A stretch of DNA of 64,000 nucleotides from Piromyces finnis finn. Lineage: Eukaryota; Fungi; Neocallimastigomycota. Shown here in pieces: positions 46,755 to 60,864 of this stretch; within the stretch, counting starts at the first letter, position 1, and each line of letters starts with the position of its first letter. A program made the translations under genes and the position numbers. The notes under the pieces are model-generated. The model worked only from the letters and a program-made list of their open reading frames with translations, was not told the origin of the DNA and did no database searches. Where the stretch lies: assembly GCA_002104945.1 (NCBI GenBank), contig MCFH01000016.1:186001-250000 (forward strand), in the 5' to 3' direction.

Positions 46755-49700
46755 ATGTAATAATTTAAATATTGAATTTTAAAGATATAATTGATAATTT
46801 AAATTAATTTGCCTTGGTTAAAATGTTTCTTATTTGTATTCTTTATATATTTCCTTTTTTTTTTTTTTTTTTGTATTTTCTGGTATAAATATATTTTTTA
46901 TAAATAAAAAATAAATAAAAAAAATACAAAAAATGTCTAAATTTTCATAATATTATTTTCAGAATATTAAAATAAAAATGAAATATTAATAGTGTTGTAA
47001 TTTTATTACAAAATAATATTAAAAAGATATTTCTTAAAATTATTTTGTAATTAAAGAAATGACTCGAAAATTTAGAAAGTAATGGTATATGTTAAATCTT
47101 TTGATATTCTTAATTATTATTATGCTATATATAATTAGTTTAATTTCTCTTAAAAATATAGTATATATTTTTAAAAATATTTAGTATTTAATTATTTATT
47201 CATTAAATAATAAAGTCTCTATAAAATAACTCAATACTGTTTGATTATTATTGATATATAATTAAATTAACAGTATTTAATAATTTTATGTTATTTCATA
47301 TTATATAAAAGTTATGACTTCTTTTATAATTTGATTTTTTATATGTATTTTTTTTGTTTTTTAAAAATTTCATAATACATTATTAGTTTGTCTAGATGAA
47401 TGAGTTTGCTGAATTGCAAAAAATAATCGCAAAATATATCTTTGAATATTTATTTACTTTCTTGATTTTGTTATGATATTTATATCCATAAAAAAAATTG
47501 ATATACCAAAAAATATAATATTCTAATGATTTCTATATATAATATACTTTAAAAATAAAGATTTAATTAGTATACATTTTTAAAGTCATTGAAAAACAAA
47601 CATATAAAAAAAAGATATTTATATATAATAATAAAAATGTAATATATATAATATTAATATGTTTTATATAAACTATTTTCAAGATTCCTACTATACTGAA
47701 TATGTTGATGTAATTATATATAATAATTTAATGATTTTTAATGAAAAAATTTCAAACATTTTTGTTGATTCATTTTCTTTTTAGAAAGATATAATATTCT
47801 ATTTGAGTTTCAATTGATTAATTAATACAAAAAATATTTATAATTTAAATTTTTATCAAATTAAAATTTTTCATTTTTAATCCATTTATTAATATAGATC
47901 CTGTTTTATTAAATATAAAAGTGTATTTGTATTATGCTTTTGTATTTACTTTTATACTTGTAATAATAGAAAAGAAAAAAATAAATAGAATTATATGTAA
48001 AAAAATATAATTGTCAACCAAAGTCCATCTATACTTTTATTATATTTCATTTGTCCTTTATTAAATTTCAATTCGTTTGTTTGCGTGTAGTGTGTTTTCT
48101 ACTGTTGATACTTTTAATATTATATATATATTTATTACAATTAATCATTATATTTTAAATTACTTTTAATTCCTTACTTGTTATGATATTTGGTGTACAA
48201 AGATTCTAAGTGACTGACTATTAAAATGTTTTTCTTTTTTTTTAAAAAAAAAATATTTTTTTCTATTTTTGATTGTTTGCTTAAACAATAACCATTACTT
48301 TTTCTCTATATTGTTTTAGGTTACTGTATTTACAAAGAATATATCACTGGTTTTAGATATATATAAAAAAAAAAAAGAAAGAAACCTTTGCTTCTTTTAA
48401 TAATTAAATTAATATTATTCTTATATTGGTGATTAATGTACTATTAATACTATTATTAAATAAAAAAAAGGGTAAAAATAAAAAAAAAAGAAAAAGTACT
48501 AGTATAAGAACAAAAAATTCTTTGAAAGCAAAAAATTCAGCATCATATATTAACATTATTATTTAATATATGCTTCAAGTTAAAATAATATATGATACTC
48601 TTTTATTTATTTAATAAACAAATTTCATTAAAAAACAAAATAAATTAATTTAATTTTTCCGTATATTAGAATATACTATATTTAAATAGATATACATATA
48701 TTTTATATAAATTTTATATAATAATTATATATTATACTTTGTAAAAAAAAAATAAAGTTAAATTTAAAGTTTATATATTATAGTTAAAATAAATTATCAA
48801 TTAAAATTTTTCATGTTTATAAATTACATTAATGCTTATTCAATTTATTATTAAATACCATAATTCATATATCAGAGTATAATGGTAATATATATTTGGT
48901 ATTTAATATTTGGAAAATTATTAATAAGAATTAGAATATATTCTATTCAACTAAATTATATCTATCATTTATTAGGATGAATGATTTTAATAGTATGGTA
49001 TTAATTAAATTTTTATGTAGAGATGGTATAGTTTTATGTAAATTATAAATTGTAATTATATTAGGTCACATGTGTGATACAAATCAATGTTGGGGAAAGA
49101 AAAGGGAAGATGAAAGAAGACTACTTTTTTTTTTTTTTTTAGATACATAATAACATTTAAAAATAAAAAACACTAATTAAAATTAATGATCCAAACTTTA
49201 CAATGGAAATTTTCAATAAAAAATGAAAAAAGATACATGAAGGATAAAGGATAGGATTATTAAAAAAAAATAACTTTTTATCATAACATTAAAATAATTA
49301 TAATTATAAAAATGGATAGATTACACTAATACCAAATAAAATAACGGACATGAATAAATAGAATAGCAGCAATCAAATAGGCATTTATGAATAAGAATAA
49401 ATAAAAAAAAATAATATTCATTGTATATGGAGAGGTTAGCTGAAGAGGATATAAAATTAAAATATTAAAAAATAAAATCATATAAAATTAATTAAACTTA
49501 AAATAGTTTAAAAAAAGTTTTAATATTGTGTTACCATAGATATAAAAGTTAGAGTTTTATATATAAAAAAAAAAAAAAGATGTAGAGGTAGAATAAAAGG
49601 TTCATTACCATTACAATGAATTAAAAACAAATAAAGATATAATGAATATTTCAATCTTCAAATTTTTTTAATTTAGTTCATAAAGGAAATTTTATAGGTC

Positions 49701-52250
49701 TTTTTATATATGTTAACTATGTTAACTATATAATAACTATCAGTAAAAGAAAAAAAAAAACTTTCATAAAAAAAAAGTGTAACATGGAAATTTTACTTTT
49801 ACATACAATTAAATAATATATTAATAAAGTATGTTAATAAAAAAAAAAGTTAGTTTATTAAATTAATAATTTAAAAATTATAAAACTTTGATTTAATAAT
49901 TTTAACATTAGATATATTATTAAGATATATTTTTTAACATTAGATTTTACACCTTCTTCAATTAGTTACAAGTAAAATATTATTACATATATATAAACAT
50001 TAAACATATATACATGTTGTTGTTTGGTTGATTTTTATCTTTTTTCTCTTTCTTTCTTTAATTATTAATAGTGGTTCAGTTCATCCCAACTAAATTAATT
50101 TAAATAAAAAAAATCAAATTAAAATATTTTAATAAAATTTTTTTTTTTTAAATTCAATCTCTTTTTTTTTTTTTAATTTATTTAATTAATTATTATGATA
50201 TTAGATTTATTGCTTTATTATAGGTATAATTAATATTATTATTATTATTATTCTCAAGGTCATGTCTCAAAAAATATCCGTCATATGTTTTGATCTAATT
50301 TTTTTTTTTTTTTGGAAACTGAAAAGTGACATCTGTATTAAATTTGTTTATTTATAATTATTAGCATTATTAATATTAATTTGTATATAGGATTTATTAT
50401 CATTATTAAAATATTAAATGAATTTTATTAAAAATAAGAATTATAAGAAATGACTTTTTTTAAAAAAAAAAAAAATAAAGGATAATTAGTTAAAAATAAA
50501 AAGGTTTATTTTTATTTATTTTTATTATTTTATATATTTCATTCCTAAATATTTGAATATTATAATAATATGTATATTTCATTGATGAATAGATCTAATT
50601 CATACATTTATTAATATATGTTTGTATATAAAGAAAACTCAAACATAATAGATTTATACATATTTTTACATATTTTAAAATAAATGGTTGAGATTTTTCT
50701 AAAACTTTTATTTTCTATTTATAAAATCAATGTAAAATGGATGAAAATTTTATTATTAAAAGTTTTCATCCTTTTTAAAATAACATTTAATATTTTAAAG
50801 TGAACAATTTTATTATTAAATGTTATTTTCTTAAAGTATATAAGAGGTTAAAAAAATGTTTATTAATAACATAAAGATTCATAATAAAATAATGTGACAG
50901 CTATATTATTATTAAATAAATAAAAAAAAAAACTATAATTATTATTCCATTATTAAATAATAGTTATAATGTTAAACAAACCAAGTTTTTTTTTTTTTTC
51001 TTTTTTCGTTTATTCTAATGGAAATAAATTGTTTATGGTATTGTGCTTAAAATTTTCCAATTTTTCATTATTACATAATTATTATGTAGATATGAATTTT
51101 ATATATTATTAAAGTTTTTTTTTTTTTTTTTACTAAAAGTTAAACTTTAAAAAAATATTAAAATATTATGTTAAAAAGAAAAAAAAAAGAAATATAAAAA
51201 AAGGAATAAGAATAACTTGTATAGAACTTGTATAACCCTTTTCTCTATTGAATTTTGAATTTTTTTTTTTTAAATCAATATTAAATATACATTTATATAT
51301 ATAAAAAAAGGGATAATTTAAGTAATACAGAATGTATATAAAAAATATATACAAAATCAAAAATAAATATAAATAAAGTTTTATATATAAATAAATATAT
51401 ATAATATTTTTTTTTTTTTCCTATAATTGATTTTTTTTTTTATTTAATTATTTAGTAAAAAAGTGTATTAAAATTAATAATCTTCAAAAAAAAAAAAAAA
51501 GTAATTATAGTTTTAATGAATATTTTTGAATAAATAAATATAAAATAAATAAAGAAGAATATGATACATTTGAAAATATATATATATATATATACAATAG
51601 TTCAGTAATAATAAAATTTTCAGAATATAATTTTCAAATTTCAAAATTAATAGAATTTTTTTTTATTTAATTTTAAAAGAACAGAAGGAAATGTAAATAA
51701 AATAGAACTGTTAAAACATATATAAAATATTTGGATTAGTAAGAAGTAAATAATAAATGCAATATTATTCAGAAATTTTATTTTTTATAAAATATAGAAA
51801 TTTCCAAAAAACAATGAAATTATTAATAGGGATAAATAAAAAGAAGAATAATAAATAATTAATAGAAATATCTTAATGAATATTACACCTAAAGTATACT
51901 GGATTGAAAAATAAGAGGACTTTATAATATACTGTTAAAAATTATTAGCTTATAGCAATGGTTTCAAATAAAATCCAACATTTTATTTAAATAACATAAA
52001 TAACATTTGAAATAAAATTTAAATTTCAAAAAATATTATTATTAATAATAGTGATATTTATTATGATAAATAATGATAAATTTTATTAACACATCAATAT
52101 TATTACTTGTTTTATATTAAAAAAACTAACTTTTTTTTTTTTTTTCCTTTTTAATATTTTATTCATCAAAAAGAAAAATAGAATTATAAAATAATAAATC
52201 AAAATTATACATTTTATTTTTAAAAATTAAAAAAAAAAATAAAAAATAAA

Positions 52251-54292
52251 ATGGCAAACCAAGATACTTTAGAAAGTATGGTCAATGATGATAATATTAA
52301 TAAATCAACACAATATAAAAAGGGAACCTATACAATCATTATTAAAATAGGAACATCCTCCATTTGTGATGAACATAACTATTTCCCAAAATTAGCAAAT
52401 CTTTCTATGCTTGTTGAAGCAATTATGGAATTAAAAAGTTTAGGTCATAGACCTGTTCTTGTTTCTAGTGGAGCTGTAGGTACAGGTTTAAGACGCTTAA
52501 ATTTCCAACAAAAGCCTACTAAATCTAGAGCTAAAATACAGGTAAATGAGTTATAAAATTAAGAGTTGCACTGGTTTTAGTAAAGAAAAAAAAAGATCAA
52601 CAATTCTAACCCTTGAGATCCAAAAATTTTTAATTATAAAAATCAAATTTAAAGATTTTCTTTGATCTATTTACCAATCATATTTGATCAAATTTAGAAT
52701 CTGCTTAGTAAAAATAAAGATGCTAATATGTATTTACTATTACCTATTTTTATACTATGAATATAAAATTAATAAAAAAAGGCTATTGCTGCTGTAGGTC
52801 AAGGTAGACTTATGAGTAAATATGATACACTTTTTTCTAATTTCAACCAACCAATTGCTCAAGTTTTATTATCAAGATCAGATTTAACAGAAGTAAAAAT
52901 AGAATTAACTATGTTTTTGATAGACTGATATTGTATATAACATAACTAACTTTTTATTTTCAAAATATTCAATTTTTTATTGTGAAATAAAATATAATAA
53001 TGAATAATATCCAATTGCTATTATTTAATTCGTATGATGATAGAGATTCCAATATATCAATGCTTGCAATACCTTTAATGAATTATTAAATATGGGCGTT
53101 ATTCCAATTGTAAATGAAAATGATACTATTTGCAATGAACATTCACGCTATGGTGATAATGATACTCTTTCAGGTATTACTGCCGGTATCGTAAGTTTTG
53201 ATTTCCAAGCAATTTTATGGGAATAATTGAAATAATAAAATGCATATACAATTGAAGAAATCTTATTAAATTATTAATTATATATTTTTATTATAAAATA
53301 AAATATTCTATTATTCATTGTATTAATCCATATATTTTGTTAAAAGACAAATGCTGATTTCCTTTTCTTATTAACAGATGTTGATGCTTTATACACTGAT
53401 AATCCAAGAAATAATCCAGATGCTAAACCAGTACACGTCGTTCGTGATTTAGATGAATTAAATGGTATGATAGTAATAGTGCATTAAATGACCATAAGAT
53501 CTAATGATATATATTTCTTTATCTAATGCCTTTATTTTTATATATTAAATTTTAAATTCTTTATGTATATATATACTATCGATAATATTTTTTCTCTCTC
53601 TCTCTCTTTTTTTTTTTTTTTCTTTCTTCACTATCATAGTAAGTATATCTTCACCAGGATCTGCTATTGGTACTGGTGGTATGTCAACCAAATTAGTTGC
53701 AGCTAATATTGCTTCCAATGCAGGTTGTACTACTGTTATTATGAATGGTAAATATCCAAAGAATATTGTAAAGATTATAAACGAAGCCTCTGAAAATGAA
53801 GGTAAGGAAATTCATCCAGAAATCGGTACTCATTTCTTACCAAAAAATACCTTATTAAGAGACAGAGAATGGTGGATTCGTTTTGGATTAGCTCCAGTTG
53901 GTAAAATTGAAATTAAATTAGAAACCGCTAGAACACTTATTTCCGAAAGATTAATAGTAAAGGAAAATAATGATAACTCAATACAAAAATTCCATTCCAT
54001 TTATCCAGTAGATATTGTCGATACTAAGGATTATTTCTTCCCAAATCAATGTATATCATTAGTTACTTCTATTAAGAATGAACAAACAGGTAAGAATGAA
54101 ATCATTGAAATTGGTCGTGGTTTATCCAACTATACTAGTAGTGAAATCCAATTAATTAAAGGTCATGAAAGTTGCGATATTGTAAATATTCTTGGGGACG
54201 GTGCTAAATCAAGATCTGTTATTTCAAAGGAAAATGTTGGTTTTGCTCTTTCTAAAAAATTAATTCAAACTTTAAATATAAATAGCAATTAA
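52251..54292 (+). CDS. PRO1: Glutamate 5-kinase (gamma-glutamyl kinase) with C-terminal PUA-like domain, 5 exons
   Basis: [86 protein letters not shown]. Exons ~52251-52541, 52782-52892, 53044-53190, 53347-53464, 53640-54292. Confidence 0.96.
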
Positions 54293-56317
54293 ATATTATC
54301 ATCAAATAGAATAACCTATGACCCTTGAAAACTTTACCAAAATGTACAAAACAAAAACAAACAAGCAAATAAGTAAAAAAAAGTCCTTTGCTTGTTTTAT
54401 CCATAAAAATTATTTATTTAAGAAAAAACAAAACAAAAATTAATATGAAAATATTCATCATCAAAATATTTATTAAAAAACAAGTAATAAAAAAGAATAG
54501 AGTAAATTTATATTTATAAAATTAACTTTTGATTAATACAAGGATTAATCTGATTCTATTTTTTATAGTTTTATTAAATAAAAAAAAAAAAAAAATTAAT
54601 TTATTTTATTGTTAAAACTAATAATATAAAATAATAATAATTAGAAAATAAATGTATTTTTTTTTATTTTTTAACATTTCAAAAAATAATTAAAAAAAAA
54701 ATAACAAGCAAATAAAATTTCAATAAAATAAAATAATAAATAAAAAAAAAAAAGAAACATTTATTTTTTTAAAATCTTCAAAGAAAAATTATATATAACA
54801 AGGCTGAATTTGAATATATATATATTATTATTTAAAAAAAAAAAAAAAAATAGAGAAAGAGATAGAGTAGAATTAAAATGCATAAATATTTAATTTTTTG
54901 ATTTTTGTAGTGAAGTTTTATTTTGGAGAGAATAATAATGAAAAAAAAAAAAAAAAAGTAATGATGAACTAAATATATCAAATAATGATATACATATATA
55001 CATGTAAATTAATTAAAATTAAGGTTTATAATAGTAAAAAAAAAAAAAAAAAGCCAACAAAATGGTAGTTAATATTTACAATTAAAATATTCTGCTATTA
55101 AAAAGTATATTATTTAATATGTATTATATGTACATTACATTTTTTTATATTATATCAAAGTGAATAATCCAAAAGTCACTCTATGAATTTAATTAAACCA
55201 TGAATAATAAATAATAATAATAAGATTATATAGAGGGACAAGTTTCATTTAAAAAGGAATCATATCATAATAAAAAAAAAAATTATTAATATTTTATATC
55301 AAAATACATTTTATTATAAATATGATACACTATATAGTAAAAAAAAAAAAAAAAAAAAAAAACATATCTATTTTCTTTTAAAAATGTAATGTACAATTTC
55401 AAAGTGTAAAAAGAATTATGAGTGGAATTTAAATTTTTTTTTAACTTTAATAAAAAAAAATAAAGAATTCATAAGACTATTAATTAATGGAGGCTGTCAT
55501 TACTTTCAACTGATTTTACTACACCCACTAAATAGTTAAATTAATTTTTTTTATTAATGCAGTACATATTATAAAATTTTGATTGAATAATTAATTATTA
55601 TCATTATTTCTTATCCTCATCATTCAAAGTATTATTAATTAATATTTTAAGATTTCTTTTTTTTTTTTTTAAAAGAGTGTTAATTAAAATTTAAAAAATA
55701 TATTGTATAAATATAATAAATAGTATAAGGACTCTTCTTTAAAAATATTAATAATTAGTTCTTTTTATTTGAAAATGCTATCTTTCAGTTATTCAGATTA
55801 CATAAAAAAAAATTTTTATTTATTTATAAAAATTTACAAAAAAGGAAATAATCAAGATTAAATCATCAATAAAATATTTTTAAAATTAATTTAATTGAAT
55901 ATAATCTAATAAATATAAATAATATATGAAAAAAACATTTTATAACCAAACAAACAAAAAAAAAAATTCTTTTTTTCTTTAAAATGAAAAGGAAAAATAT
56001 TTTATAAATGAGAATTTAAAGAAGAAGAAGAAAAAAAAAAAAAAAAAAGTAATTGAAATATATAAAAGATAAAGAAAACAACAACAACAACATATATATT
56101 ACCCATATATATTAGAAAATAAATGATATTATTTTATTATTCATAAAGTAGAAAACTAATTGTGTATATATTACCAAAAATAATAAATAATATTTTATCT
56201 CAAATAAAGTTGGTTATAATCAGTAAATTTTCATTACAATAGAAAGAAAAAAATATAAAGTGTTTAATTTCTCTCTCTCTCATTCTTTTTTTTTTTTAAA
56301 TAAAAGTTTCAGTATAA

Positions 56318-56359
<42 letters not shown>

Positions 56360-56642
56360 AAAGGGAATTTATTTTAATCATAAATAGATTATATAGTAGT
56401 AAAATCAATAAGTACTTTTAAATACAATTTAATCATTTTAGTCAGTATTTATATTAGTAAGTAAAACCACTTTGCAAAAAAAAAAAAGTATTTCTTTTTT
56501 TCTTATATAATAATAATTAAAGCGTCATTCAGACTTTAAACAAATATATTGTTATACAGCAAAGATAATTTTCATTTTCACATTTTCAATTTATTTGGTA
56601 TTTTTTAAGTAAAATTTACATTTATTATATTAAAAGTTAAAA

Positions 56643-57946
56643 ATGAAATGCTTGTATTTTATAGCCGCACTTTTATTTTTATTCCATGGTAATTATATAA
56701 TACTAAATAAACAAAACATATTCAACTTTTAATATTAAAGATAATAATTTAAAATTTTTAAATTAAATTTTAATATTTATAATAGTTCATTCCGTCTATA
56801 GTCAACATTTAGAGAATTTTAATAATGGTAGGTTTTCATTATACAAAAAGATAAAAAAAAAAAAAAAGAACAACATATATAATAATATTTATTAATAATT
56901 TATAAATTTTATTTTATTGATTTTAATGTATTAAAAATATAATAGAAGAAAATCCAATAATAATAGAATGGGTCAATGATAAGAGTGGCAAATGTCAAAC
57001 TTATTCTATTTATGAAGATGATGTTTTATTGAAATCTAATATTCCAATTATTAATAATAAAGTTGATGCTGTTGACCTTCATCACAAGCATGGTAAACTT
57101 ATTTTAAAATGCGATTCCTATGTTAAACAAAAAAGAACAATCGAAGATGATAAAGGTGAAACATCATTATTAGAAGAGAATTCTCTTGAAGAAAGTGATG
57201 ATACAGATGATGATTCACTTATTGATTCCATTGATAATATTTACACACCTAGTGATGAAAAAGAAGAAGAAGAAAAAGGGGAATCTCTTTTTGAAAAAAT
57301 CTTTAAAATAAATAAAGTCGAGAATAAAAATAAAGATGGTGAAACAGAATCTAATCCTATTACCAACAATAAAAATGATTCTTCAAAAAATAATAAGGAG
57401 AACAATAGTTATGACAATTCCGATGATGATAAATCGGGCAAAGATGGAAATAATCAGGATAAAACTAATGTTGATGACGACAATAAAAACTCAAGTTATG
57501 ATACTAATAATAGAATGGATTTAAATAAAGATACTACTAATAATAATGAAAATAAAAATGATGAAAATGATGGAGAAAGTAAGGATTATCATCAGGAAAA
57601 AGGAAATAATGATAATGATAATGGTAAAGGCGATAATGATAAGTTATCAATAGAATCTGAAAAGGATGATAAAGATATTAATCCAATCCAATTAGGTGTA
57701 GGTGTTTCCTTATCCTTTTTATTAACTAGTGGAATGTTTTTATCTGTTATGAAAATAAGGAAAATGTCAGAACTTCAATTAGAAGTTAATGCACAAGAAA
57801 TGTCAGCCAATTCAGTTTACATTCCTTCCCCAAGAATTTCAAATTCAGGTTCAATGTCTTTATCTATGTCTTCATTAGAACTTGGTAATGCTGCTTCTCT
57901 TCATGAAAATTCATTTACATCAACTTTAAATTCAATTATTGTTTAG
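56643..57946 (+). CDS. Hypothetical type I membrane protein (signal peptide, small 2-Cys domain, D/N-rich stalk, TM helix, Ser-rich tail)
   Basis: Exons 56643-56688, 56786-56827, 56946-57946 splice in phase into ORF 57029-57946. N-terminus MKCLYFIAALLFLFHVHSVYS; TM segment LGVGVSLSFLLTSGMFLSVM followed by KIRK. Confidence 0.75.
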
Positions 57947-58920
57947 AAACAAGTCATCAATTACTATACATTATTCTTTTCTTTTCTTTCTTTCTTTCTT
58001 TCTTTTTTTTTTTTTTAAAAAAAAAAGATTCAATTAAATCAACCGTCACCAACAGAAAAATGTAAAAACTTTTTTTGTTATAGATTTAATTATTTATCCT
58101 TTTTATTATAATAATTAATAGATTATATATATATATAGGATGATCCTATAAATTTTATTAAAAACTAATTATTTGATGTTTTATTAAACCAAATTATTAA
58201 TTTTTAAATATTTATATATATAAAGTATAGAAGTAAAGGCTTTTTTTTTTTTCTTTCTTTTCCTCTTAAATTATTATTTTAAATTATTTAATCTCTTTTC
58301 ATTTAAATTATGAATTCAAACTCATTACACTGTAATTTTTTTTTCATCCTATTTATAATATGATGATCTTTGTAAATGATTATAATTTTCATTTTTTTTT
58401 TTTTTTAAATAACTTTAATGTTAATTTTTAATAGGTGCTATATGTTATCCTATATAATAACTATTAAAAATAAAAATACTAAAGACTCATGTCAAGACAA
58501 TCCCTATATTTAAAAATATATATAAAAAAAAAAAAATACAACTCTGAAAATATTAAACTTTTTATTATATATTAACAGAGAAATTTGAATTATTTAAATA
58601 TAAATTTGTATAAAAAAAAAAAAATAATAATCAAAGAAATAAATAATGTTTAGTCATTATTTTTATATTTTATACAAATTACAAAAAAAAAAAAAAAAAA
58701 AAAATAAACATTTAATATTATAAACTTTCATAATATCAAAACAATTGTCAAATAATAGAATACCTTTTGAATGGCAAAAACTTTTTTTTTCCTTATTTCT
58801 TTTTATTATTATATTTATTTCTATTTATTAGTATATATATATATATATATATATTTATTTTTTTTTTTTTGTATATTGAATGAATGTAATTATTTTAATT
58901 TATTATGATAATGATGATAG

Positions 58921-59523
58921 CTAAACATTTTTTAAGGTTTCAAAATCTTCTTTCATTACTAATACTCTTTTTTGACTAAACATTTCAATGGCTTTATCGA
59001 TTTCTTCTATTTTGTCTGTTAATTCTTTTTTACGAGTTTTGATTCGTAAAGTTTCACTGGTTATTGGGAATTTTCTTATTTCATCTAAGATTATGGTTTT
59101 ATCTATTGATACATCAACATATTTTTATTTATATAATATAAATATATATAATTTATTTTATTTTTTTTTTTTTAAAAAAAGATTAATATTATTTTATAGA
59201 TATTTTTAGATATTCTTTATAATTGTTCTTTTTTTTTTTATTCAAAAATGATAGTTGTAATGATATTTGATATTTTAATAATAATTTACTTTTGTTAAGA
59301 TATTCTAAGGTTTCCAATCTATCGGTTTCTGGTAGAACTATTTATGATAATGGTAGAAATGATCGTTATTATTATGTTATTATTAAATGAAAAAATCAAT
59401 ATATTCTTTATAAATATTTAAATATATTAAATATAGTAAATATAAATTACCCATCATATCTTCTGGTATACTATTGTAAAATAAAAATATATAATTATAA
59501 AGAAATTAGATATTCATAATAAT

Positions 59524-59570
<47 letters not shown>

Positions 59571-60864
59571 TTGTAATATTAATTATTATTGAATTAATTA
59601 AAAAAATACTTACTATCCTTGTTGTTCTTTTTCCATTATTTTTCGTTGTTCTTCTTGCCATTTTTGTTTTCTATTGATTAAACTAATATAATTGTAAAAA
59701 TTCATTAATTTATATATATTATCATTTAATAGTTACAACAATTATATATAATTTTTAAGATTATTATTATTTTTTTTTCATTTATATTCTTACTATTGTG
59801 GTATTGTTCCTATTTTTGTTTTCCTATGGAGTTCTTTCGTTTCTTTTTTTGGGGTATTCTAAAGATATAGAATATTTATTATAAAAAAGTATATTTGATT
59901 TTTTTATATAAAATTACTGATTAGAAAGATGTTTTTTTTTTTTTTTTTTTTTTTTTTTACATCTATAAAACTTTATAATAGATGAACTATATATATGTTT
60001 GCTTCCTATACCTTTTGTTGTATTTTCTTTTGAATGCTTATTTTATTTTCTTTAATAAAATTTTTATTTCTATAGTTATCATTTGAATGTGTTTTTAATA
60101 GATTTAATTGATTAAATCGTTCTTGTAATTCATCCATCATATTTAATTCTGCTGCTTTAGCAGCAGCAGAAGCATTTTTTGGTGTTGTCATTCCTGAAGT
60201 GATTCGTGATTCATTAGGTGATGTCTTTATTATTATTATTATCACCATCATCAATATGTATAAAGAATAAAACAATATATATATTTTTTAAAAAAAAAAA
60301 ACAATAATGAATATTAGAAATAATTCTAAAAAAATATATATATGTAATTTCTTATAATATATAACTTAAAAGTTGTGTGATAATTACACGACGAGTTGAA
60401 ATCTTTGATGAAACATTAGAAAATTGCTTAAGTTTAAAAGGTTGAGGTTTAGGTATGGCTTCCATCTTTTTTTTTTTTTTTTTTCAAAATATAGATAATT
60501 ATTATAAAAAAAAAATTAATGTTTTTGATTTATTTAATTTTTTATGGCAATGGCTATAATGATTACCATTTTTTTTTCTTTATAAGCTTGTTCTTGTAAT
60601 TTGATTCTCATATAATTTTCTTTGGCATGATTTTTTGGTACACCTCCTTTTCTTCGTATTTCATCTCTTTTTTTTTTTTTTTTTTTTAGATATTTTATAT
60701 TTTCAGTAATATAATAATTTACATAGACAAGATTAGTATTAGTAAGTATTTATATTAATTTTATTATCCATTCTTTTTATATACCTTATTCCGTTGGTTG
60801 GGCAAAGAATTGACTTTACTGCACTTCCACTAGATTGTTTTTGAGCTATTTTATGAGCATCCAT
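58921..60864 (-). CDS. Enkurin-domain protein (enkurin/ENKD1 family), many small exons
   Basis: Spliced pieces GGVPKNHAKENYMRIK, NKNFIKENKI, IGTIPQYLINRKQKW, YIPEDMMVLPETDRLETLEYL, LDEIRKFPITSETLRIKTRKKELTDKIEEIDKAIEMFSQKRVLV match the enkurin C-terminal pattern. Includes a 20-nt exon at 59451-59470. Some internal junctions were not fully resolved. Confidence 0.8.
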
